Shown piece by piece: positions 54,345 to 64,000 of a stretch of 64,000 bases of DNA. Source of the DNA: Eledone cirrhosa (taxonomy: Eukaryota); the NCBI GenBank assembly GCA_964016885.1, contig OZ024741.1:28520001-28584000 (forward strand), read 5' to 3'. Position 1 is the first letter of the stretch. Each line of letters starts with the position of its first letter. The position numbers and the translations under genes are program-made. The notes under the pieces are model-generated. The model had not been told where the DNA came from, searched no databases, and worked only from the letters and a program-made list of their open reading frames with translations.

Positions 54345-54345
<1 letters not shown>
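54167..54345 (+). mobile_element. Tx1/L1-like 3' UTR-only copy
   Basis: Similar to ~55000-55206 (GGAAGTCTCCCC.TATTGGGGAATTTTT...CCCTTGTGGTTAATAAAGAAA); followed by (TTA)n. Confidence 0.8.
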
Positions 54346-54400
<55 letters not shown>

Positions 54401-54401
<1 letters not shown>

Positions 54402-55205
54402 AATCAACTAGCCAATCTCTTCGGAAGGACTTTCGGGCCGGGGCCTATGGACAACTTCCAGAAATCCCTGGCCTGGCAGTGCTACCGAGGAGCTTTGCCA
54501 GTTCGGGATAAACTCTACAGGCATGGAGGTGCCGTCAGCCGGGCATGTCCGAGATGCGCGCAGGGCGACGAAACCGTCCTGCACGCACTCGTCCAGTGTC
54601 CGAGCATTGCTGACTTGTGGGTTTATGTCGAACACCTGCTGTCACGTGTAGGACGGATCCAGCTATCAGCTGAGTCCATCGTGAGGATTGCCCCGCCCCC
54701 TTCCTTTAGCCTGGAAGGGCAGGCAGTTTTTATCTGTCTGGTGGCCATGGCGAAAGAGATAGTATGGTGGACACGTTTGAAAGGGCTGAAGACGAGCACT
54801 TACCTCTTCGGTGATGCCCTGATTAACTTTTTCAAATTTCATTTGAAAAGGAAAATCAGGGTAGAGAGGGAAGTGCTCTCTTCCCAGCATTTTGTTGAAA
54901 GATGGGTGAGAGAAGCAAGTATGGCCCGAATGAATGGGCCTTCTCTGAGTATGTGTCTGTAAATTAAAGGTGGAAAACTGGGAGAGGGCACTTGCCCTGG
55001 TGGTCAGGGCCACTGTGGTCTTTTAATGGGCTTTCTCCACAAATGTCCCTTGGAAGTCTCCCCCTTATTGGGGAATTTTTCTTTGTTATTTTATTTCAAC
55101 CTCTGTTTTTTTTACACGCAGAAATGCCCATTTGTACCGTCCTGTATTGTCCTGTACTGTCCTTAATGTCTACTTTATGTGAACCCTTGTGGTTAATAAA
55201 GAAAA

Positions 55206-55206
<1 letters not shown>
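54401..55206 (+). mobile_element. Tx1/L1-like LINE 3' end (zf-RVT cysteine motif), 5' truncated
   Basis: ORF 54447..54962: AWQCYRGALPVRDKL......CPRC....ETVLHALVQCP....W; AATAAA then (TTA)n. Confidence 0.85.
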
Positions 55207-55269
<63 letters not shown>

Positions 55270-55270
55270 G

Positions 55271-58200
55271 TTCTTTGAGTCTCAGTCATTGATGTTATTT
55301 AACTGAAAAGTTTGTTGAAATGAATATCAAGCCACTACCAGCAGCCTCAGATATTCAGGATGTATCGGAGGGTTCTTGCTGTTCCAAAAAGCGGGGCGGG
55401 GCCAATTTTCTTTAACCATCCCTAGAAACCTTTTGAGATAGTGCCTAGTGCGCCTATGACAATCGGGACCACTTTGACCTCATGGCAGTTCCAAATCCTT
55501 TTTACCTCCCACTTTAAGTCCTGGTATCGGTTAATTTTCTCCCTCTCCTTCTCTTGCACTCTCGTGTCGAATGGGCAGGCTACATTCACAATCAGGCACG
55601 ATCTTTTTTCCTTGTCCAAAACCACCAAGTCAGGTCTATTGTGTTCCAGTTTCTTGTCCGTCTGTATCCTAAAATCCCACAGCACCTTCACCTGATCGTT
55701 TTCTATCACCGACTCTGGCTTATGCTCATACCACTTCTGAGAATGTGGTAAATTGTTTACTTTGCATAGGTGCCAGTGGATCACCCTGCCCATCACATCA
55801 TGTCTCCAGCCTTTGTAGTGAGTCTGGGTTAGGTGTTTACACTCGGATACAATGTGAGCCACAGTCTCCTCTCTCTCTCCACAGATCCTGCACAGTGGGC
55901 TAGCCTCTCCTTGTATATATGGTGTTTCAGCCACTTCGTTTTGAGGGCCTGCTCTTGCGCAGCCATTAGCATTCCTTCTGTAGCCTTTTTAAGGTCTCCT
56001 CTTTTTAACCAGTTCCATGTCTGTGGATCTCTGAATTCAGTTTTCTCAAAGAAGGTACTATGAAAGGATTTTTCATGAAGGCTGCTCTTTCTCCTTGTTA
56101 TTTCCTCCTTGGACATCCCCTGGTCTATTGTCCTCTCCTTCAGTACAATTATGAGCATTGGCTCCTTACTATCAGTCACGTATTTGTGTAGGTTGTTTTT
56201 CTCCATCTGAACACAGTCCTCTATGCTGATAAGACCTCTTCCACCTTCAGATCTCCTTAAGTAGAGTCTATCGACATCACTCCTCTTGTGGAACATGTTG
56301 TAGATAGTCAATAGCTTCCTAGTCTTCCTATCCATTTCTTTTTGTTCAGCAACATTCCATCTCAGAATTCCCGCACTGTACCTAATAATAGACACAGCTC
56401 GGAAATTTACTGCACTTATGGCATTCCTACTGTTCAGATATGACTTTAATACGCTCCTTATTCTCCGAATGTATTCAGATCTTATCAATTCCTTCATTTT
56501 TTTGTTCTTGATATCATCAGCCTCCAGAACACCCAAATACTTGTATCCTTCTTCAGTGTCAATTTCCTTTATCATCTCACCTGTTGGTACCTGGATTCCG
56601 TTGCTTCTGCTCAATTCCCCCCCCCCCTCTATCATAAGGACTCCACACTTACTAATACCAAATTGCATACATATATCATTGCTGAAAATACGGACAGTGT
56701 CAACAAGCACATCCAACTCCTTCTCACACTTCCCGAAGAGCCTAAGATCGTCCATGAAGAGGAGGTGATTGATGGTAAGCTCTCCCTTTCCCAACTTGTA
56801 TCCTGCTCTCACTTTTCGCAGTATAATGGTCAGGGGCATCAGGGCAAGGACAAACAACAGAGGGGACAGACTATCTCCCTGGGAGATACCTCTCTTGATC
56901 TTCACGCTTCCCAAGGATTCTCCAACTGATGTTAACTCTGTTTTCCCGGACTTCATACTTTTGCTCAACAACTGTCTGATGTTATCTGCCACCTTGAAGA
57001 TCTCTAGGCTTTTGGTGATCCAAGAATGAGATACCATGTCGAATGCCTTTTTGTAGTCTATCCATCACATGGCAAGACCAGTGTATCTCCTCCTGCAATT
57101 CCTCATTACCATCTTATCAATAAGTAACTGGTCCTTTGTACCACGGGACTTCTTTCGGCATCCTTTCTGTTCGTCCGGTAACAAGTTGTTTGTGTGGAGG
57201 TGATGGTAGATTTCCTCAGACAATGCTTGTCAACAGTTTCCACATTACGGACAGACAGGTGATATGTCTATAGTTGGTAACATCACTACCCTTGATTCGG
57301 TCTTTCATTACCAGAACTGTGGTACCTTTTGTCAACCACTCTGGTACCTCACCTGACATCAAGCAGTCATTGAACATGGTTGTCAGTTTCGGGTGGAGGG
57401 ATGTTATATTTTTAATCCAATACCCCTGCACACCATCTGGGCCTGGTGATTTCCAGTTGGTTAGTTTTCTGGCCTGCTCCTTAAGAGTTTCAACTGTGAT
57501 ACTCAAATCAGTTTGTTGGTGTGCCTGTTCACTAATCTCCTTTTGTACCGTCTCAATCCACACTGCCTGATCATTATGTTTAACATCCTGCTCCCATATT
57601 CCTCTCCAGAATGTCTTAGTTTGTTCCGCCTTAGGGATTAAGTCGTTGCTTCTTTCTTTCCCTTCAAGCTGTCCAAACAACATCTTCTGGTTGTTGTCAA
57701 ACATGCGGTTCTGTCTATACTGACTGACTCTGCTCTCGTATCGCCTAATCTTTGCACTGTTTGCTACAATGCGTTGCTTCAGTTCCTCTATGATAATATT
57801 TAGCTTTTTCCTCCTAGTTTTCTACTTTATTTCCAGTCTATTTTTAGTGTCTATGTTTTGTAGTGTCCCATTCAGTAGGGACTCAAGCTTTCCAATGTCA
57901 TTTCTCATTTCCCTGATTTGACCACTCAGTCGTTTCTTCCACCAATGCTCTGCTCTTTCTTGTCTGTTGTTTCCTCTCGCTTTTATACCAAGTAGTTTCC
58001 TCACCGTATTTGCTGTTGCTTTGAGGATATTGTTGCACTGGTGAAGGCTCCTCGCCTCAAGGTATGGGATGACTTTGTTTACCTTAGCTGTTGTTTCTTT
58101 TAACTTTTTCCTGTCTACAAATCTTAGGTTCATAGGTCTCCCACTATCATTGTTCAATTCATCTACCACTAAATTTAGGATGTCAACCAAATCTTGTCCA

Positions 58201-58800
58201 AACCGTCAGCATTCATCTCCTCAGTGGCCGTATCTCTGTTCCAGGTATTATTTATCTCAGTATTCAGATCATTGTCTGCTACAGGTGGTTCCTCCGTTCT
58301 CTCGACCTCTTCACCTTCATTTCCCACTGGCTCGTTTGCCTGGCATACTCCACCCTCCATCTCCAAGCTAATCTCTCTGCTCAGTTCCTCCAGTTCCAGC
58401 TCGCATATCCACCCATTAGTTCTTATTACCCGAGCCTGCCCAGCCAATTTTTGTTCATCTAATTTAAATAGACCAATCTCGTTCCAGATGTTATGCATCC
58501 GTTTCCTATAGCCTTTCTCCTTGGGGTTACTCTTCGGGTAACATTGCATAACAGTTGTATTCAATTCTTTCGTCCAGTTGGTTCTGGTCCCTTTCCGTCT
58601 TCTTCTTCCTCCGACACCAGCAGTATTTGGTTGACAGCCAGGTCCCTGCTGCTGAGCCAGGGAGCACCTGCTGGGTGAGAGTCTGTCACATGACATTCCA
58701 GTCTCCACTTCACCGTTATTCGAACTGTTTAGGTTCGACATTTAAACACTCTTATCGAGGATTGGTGAATGTATGGTTACATAACCACCGGTTATTTCAT
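55271..58800 (-). mobile_element. Near full-length R4/Dong-clade RLE retrotransposon, inactivated by stops and frameshifts
   Basis: Colinear ORF pieces: N-terminus WT.E.N..VMQCY..S.P...GYRKRM..IW, KSPGPDG, QGDSLSPLLF, HLLFMDD, CRIC...ETVAHIVSEC, RPDLVV, RYQDL, PIVIGALG. The 3' end runs into (AAT)n. Confidence 0.93.
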
Positions 58801-58872
58801 CACCCCCAGTGATTTTAGTGTGGCATTATCACGCTGTAGACGAACATAAATAAACAAATAAACAAATAGGTA

Positions 58873-58904
<32 letters not shown>

Positions 58905-59138
58905 AAGCATAAGTTTCATTGTAATGTAATGTTTGAATGTCTGACTTAGTTTTTTTTTTTCTCTTTTCTGTCTGTCTGTTGTTTTTCTTTTCTTCTTTCT
59001 TTTCTTTACGTTTTTCGTTGCTGCTGTGCTGTTTTGATTTTAATTTTTGGTTTTTTGATATTTTGACCGGGTCATCAAATCAGTCTATTTATATCTTTTG
59101 ATGCCTTCCTCTTTTAATGGGAATACTACGATGTCTGT

Positions 59139-59270
59139 CTTAGCAGGAGGTAGTGGGAGAGAATAACGACAGTAGCGATAATGAGGCAGTGGTGGTGCTG
59201 TGCTAGTAGTACTTAGCAGGAGGTAGTGGGAGAGAATAGCGGCGGTAGCGATAATGAGGCAGTGGTGGTG
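59139..59270. repeat. Short tandem duplication in a GGT/AGT-rich low-complexity tract
   Basis: CTTAGCAGGAGGTAGTGGGAGAGAATA...GTAGCGATAATGAGGCAGTGGTGGTG occurs twice. Confidence 0.8.
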
Positions 59271-59650
59271 GTGATGTGATCGTAGTACTGTAGTGATGGT
59301 GTTGAAGTTGAAGTAGAAATAGAAGTTGAGGTAACTTGACTAGAGTTTTTGGCGTGGTAGTGGTGATGGTGGCGGTGGTGGTGTTGGTGGTGAAATTATT
59401 TGCCTGTCTGTCCACTTAGCCATTTTTCTCTTTTTCGACTATAACATTTCTGATCCAAAATTAAATATTAAATATTAGGGCCCTATGCTGTAATGTGATG
59501 CGTTGACGCTTGCTGAGCGTCAAAACTGTAATCTTATACTTCATTTGTAATAAGAATTATTCTATCACAGTTGTTTTAAATAAGTAAAAATCAAAAACTT
59601 ACGGGAGCGATTCCATAACGATATATATTCACCATGTGCGTTTTCTTCCC

Positions 59651-61078
59651 TTATTATTATTATTTGCATTTATCTTGCTTTATGTTTATACGAGTTATCA
59701 CCAAGTCACAACCAGTGACCTCAAGAGACAACAAGGTCCGCCATGTTCAAGAAAGAACATACATATTCACACATGCATCCTTAGTGTTTAGACTTGTGAT
59801 GTACTTATATTGACAGGATCTTCCTTAGTATATGGGCAGTTCCCATTAGAACTATCTTTTGTATTTCTCCTATACGCGGGTTTCCTGGGATTTGCGATAA
59901 GTAGTCGTTAGACCCCTTAGGTATCATTCCCAGAGCGCCTACAACCACTGGTATTGTTTTAGTTCTCAATTTCCACATTTTTCCAATTTCTATCTCCAGG
60001 TCCTTATACTTGCTCAATTTTTCAAATGTTTTTATAGATACATTCTTGTCTATTGGAACAGACATATCAATTAGCAGGCATACCCTCCTTTGAAAGTCCT
60101 TCAATATTATATCAGGTCTATTTGCATCTATTTTTCGGTCTGTTTGGATGCTAAAGTTCCACAAGATTGAGATGTGATCTTTTTCAAGTATGGGAGGTGG
60201 TTGATGCTCCCACCAATTCTTTTGATGGGGCAGGTCAAAATGCTTACACATTATCCAATGTATGTATTGTGCAGCTCTGTCATGCCTGTTTAGGTATTCG
60301 GTTGGAGCTATAGGACTGCACATTGAAATTATATGGTCAATGGTCTCTGGTTGTTTTTTGCATACACGGCATAATGGGCTGCACCCATTTTTTATTATGT
60401 TGGCTTGGTAATTTTTTGTTGGCAGACACTGATCTTGTGCGGATATAATCAGTCCTTCAGTCTCCGATTTCAGTCCAGAGGATGCCAACCACTGATGGGT
60501 TAAAGTTTTGTCAACATCAGGATTGTTAGCTCGCTCTGGGTATTTTCCATACAGAGGCTTTTCTTGCCATTTCTTAGCCAGTTTCTGTAGCAGTTCTTTC
60601 TTTGCAGTTACTTTTACCTGCTTTGCTTTTTCTGTGTTTTCCATTTCAGCAGTAAATGGGACTTCTGAAATTTGTAGTCCATTACTGTATCTTTGTGCAT
60701 CTTTTGTAATGGAATATGATCTTTTTGTGCTTTCGTGTTTCAAAACGAGTTTGATCATCCAATCATGTGATTCCCTTAGATATGTGGATAATCCAATTGT
60801 TGCAGTTTTCAACGCAATGTCTAACTGGATTAACCCACGTCCTCCTTCTTTCCTAGGGAGATATATTCTATCTATGTCTGCCTTAGGGTGATGCATTCTG
60901 TGCATGGTTAAGAATTTTCGGATTTTTGTATCGAGCCTACGGATCTCTGTGCTTGACCAGTTGATGACATTGTAACTGTAGGTTACTACTGGTATGGCAA
61001 GCGTGTTTATGGCATCGATCCTATTCCTTGCATTCAATTCCGTTCTTAAGATTGCTCTGACTCTGCGGTAACATTCCT
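59651..61078 (-). mobile_element. R4/Dong family 2, 5'-truncated copy with open C-terminal ORF
   Basis: 410-aa ORF 59805..61037: GGRGL, CRVC...ETIDHIISMC, RPDII, KYKDL, PVVVGALG; 3' UTR then (TAA)n. Confidence 0.93.
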
Positions 61079-61082
61079 ATCT

Positions 61083-64000
61083 TATTATTATTATTATTAT
61101 TATTATTATTTGCATTTATCTTGCTTTATGTTTATACGAGTTATCACCAAGTCACAACCAGTGACCTCAAGAGACAACAAGGTCCGCCATGTTCAAGAAA
61201 GAACACACATATTCACACATGCATCCTTAGTGTTTAGACTTGTGATGTACTTATATTGACAGAATCTTCCTTAGTACTATCCCATTAGTACTATCTTTTG
61301 TATTTCTCCTATACGCGGGTTTCCTGGGATTTACGATAAGTAATCATTAGACCCCTTAGGTATCATTCCTAGAGCGCCTACAACCACTGGTATTGTTTTA
61401 GTTCTCAATTTCCACATTTTTCCAATTTCTATCTCCAGGTCCTTATACTTGCTCAATTTTTCAAATGTTTTTATAGATACATTCTTGTCTATTGGAACGG
61501 ACATATCAATTAGCAGGCATACCCTCTTTTGAAAGTCCTTCAATATTATATCAGGTCTATTTGCATCTATTTTTCGGTCTGTTTGGATGCTAAAGTTCCA
61601 CAAGATTGAGATGTGATCTTTTTCAAGTATGGGAGGTGGTTGATGCTCCCACCAATTCTTTTGATGGGGCAGGTCAAAATGCTTACACATTATCCAATGT
61701 ATGTATTGTGCAGCTCTGTCATGCCTGTTTAGGTATTCGGTTGGAGCTATAGGACTGCACATTGAAATTATATGGTCAATGGTCTCTGGTTGTTTTTTAC
61801 ATACACGGCATAATGGGCTGCATCCATTTTTTATTATGTTGGCTTGCTAATTTTTTGTTGGCAGACACTGATCTTGTGCTGATATAATCAGTCCTTCAGT
61901 CTCCGATTTCAGTCCAGAGGATGCCAACCACTGATGGGTTAAAGTTTTGTCAACATCAGGATTGTTAGCTCGTTCTGGGTATTTTCCATACAGAGGCTTT
62001 TCTTGCCATTTCTTAGTCAGTTTCTGTAGCAGTTCTTTCTTTGCAGTTACTTTTACCTGCTTTGCTTTTTCTGTGTTTTCCATTTCAGCAGTAAATGGGA
62101 CTTCTGAAATGTGTAGTCCATTACTGTATCTTTGTGCATCTTTTGTAATGGAGTATGATCTTTTGATGCTTTCGTGTTTCAAAACGAGTTTGATCATCCA
62201 ATCATGTGATTCCCTTAGATATGTACATAATCCACTTGTTGCAGTTTTCAACGCAATATCTAACTGGATTTACCCACGTCCTCCTTCTTTCCTAGGGAGA
62301 TATATTCTATCTGTATCTGCCTTAGGGTGATGCATTCTGTGCATGGTTAAGAATTTTCGAATTTTTGTATCGAGCCTACGGATCTCTGTGCTTGACCAGT
62401 TGATGACATTGTAACTGTAGGTTACTACTGGTATGGCAAGCGTGTTTATGGCATCGATCCTATTCCTTGCATTCAATTCCGTTCTTAAGATTGCTCTTAC
62501 TCTGCGGTAACATTCCTTCCTTATCCTTTCCCTCATTGTCGAGTGCTTGATTCCGTCTCCTTCACAAACACCTAGATATTTGTAAGTTTCCTCTTGATCA
62601 AGTTCTCTTATCACATTCCCTCGATCAAGATTAATGTCTGAACTTTTCAGCAGCTTTCCTCTGGTGAACGTTGCTTTGGCGCATTTATCCAGTCCAAACT
62701 CCATTTTAATGTCATCACTGAACTGCTCCACAGTGGATAATAGCCCTTGCAATTGTTCATCATTTTTTGCAAATAGTTTCAGGTCATCCATATAGAACAA
62801 GTGATTAATGGTTTTGTCATAGACTTTATATCCATGTTTTGTTTCATTGAGCATTTTACTTAATGGTATAAGTGCGATGCAGAATAAAAGCGGTGATAAA
62901 GAGTCACCCTGAAAAATTCCACAATTAATATTAACTTCTCCAGCTTCCAGTGATTTTTTTTCACTATTCAAAAGGAGTGTCGTTTTCCATGTCTTCATAC
63001 TGGATGACAAAAACCTCCTGACAACGGGGGATATTTTGAAAATCTCTAAACATTTTTCAATCCAACTGTGTGGCAAACTATCGAATGCTTTTTTATAATC
63101 TATCCAAGCAATCGATAGATTTTGGTGTCTATTATGACAATCTTCCAGTATCATTTTGTTAACCAAAAGCTGATCCTTACAGCCATATGAGCCTCGTTTA
63201 CACCCTTTCTGCTCAATAGGAAATAGGTCATTTGTTATCAGGTGGTCATATGTATACTCAGTTAGGACTGATGTTAAAATTTTATACATTGTGGTCAAGC
63301 AAGTTATGGGTCTAATTTTTGGGATTGTTTGTCTCATCATTCTTCGGAAGCAGGAATGTAATGCCGTTAACTAGCCATGATGGTATCTTTTCTGGTTCCT
63401 TAACTATTTCATTGTAAAGTTGGGCTAACAGCTCATGAGACTCTGTGAAGGCATTTATCCAAAAATTTGGTATTTTGTCTTTTCCTGGAGATTTCCATTT
63501 GCTGGTTTTTCTTAGAGCCAAACGCAACTGTTCAACTGTTATATTTTCCCATATTTGTTCCTCAAGGTGAGTTGTATCTTTCATTTGTCTGTCTATCCAT
63601 GGGGCATGTATATTATGAACTTTTTATTCGGCCCAGATCTTTTCCCAGAATTCTTGCACTTCCTCCTTGGGTGGTATTGATTTAGCAGTTATTGTTGACT
63701 TACCAATTTTTCTGTAGAAGTTTCTTTGGTTGGTTTTGAACATATTATTGTCCTTATAGAATCTAGATCGTTTTTCAAAGCGCCTTATACGAGCAGCTTT
63801 GGCCGACACTTTTTGCTTGATTATTTCTATCAGCATGCCTATGTCACTTGTTGGTTTTATACTGTACTTTCTTTTCAAATTTCTAAGTTTAGTTTGTTTA
63901 ACATGTTCACCTACTTTATAGTTTTTTAAAATTTCTATGTCAGATCGGAGAAGGTTTATTTGGCGATTGATGTTCTCTTGCCAAGTAGATTTCTTTTGGG
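61083..64000 (-). mobile_element. R4/Dong family 2, longer copy (continues past window), with stops and frameshift
   Basis: RT motifs RPITCL, DYKKAFDS, QGDSLSPLLF, YMDD; 3' 1.4 kb nearly identical to 59651-61078; (TAA)n tail at 61083-61110. Confidence 0.93.

Noticed and set aside
58873-58903. C-run/A-run as a regulatory G-quadruplex upstream of Dong
   Set aside because: Plain homopolymers with nothing indicating function.

Overview
Gene-poor, repeat-saturated eukaryotic DNA. The tRNA-derived SINEs and the RTE-type GTAAAAGA tail resemble octopus repeats, so a cephalopod is likely (inference). Bases 1-24.2 kb are a 72-bp satellite with multi-kb higher-order duplications; its minus-strand ORFs are artefacts. 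The rest is microsatellites, minisatellites, SINEs and non-LTR retrotransposon relics (CRE, RTE, HERO-like, Vingi-like, CR1, Tx1 and R4/Dong, including one near-full-length copy and a head-to-tail pair). No host protein-coding gene is supported. Three things stand out. (1) Six complete or near-complete minimal hammerhead ribozyme motifs from four families lie in short Penelope/retrozyme-like elements, often next to long fold-back palindromes. (2) A U6 snRNA 3'-fragment fused to an RTE-type 3' tail is inserted in one arm of a nested inverted duplication, and the empty site is visible in the other arms. (3) CR1, Tx1 and Dong elements are chained through (TTA)n/(TAA)n tracts. Family names come from remembered protein motifs, not database searches.
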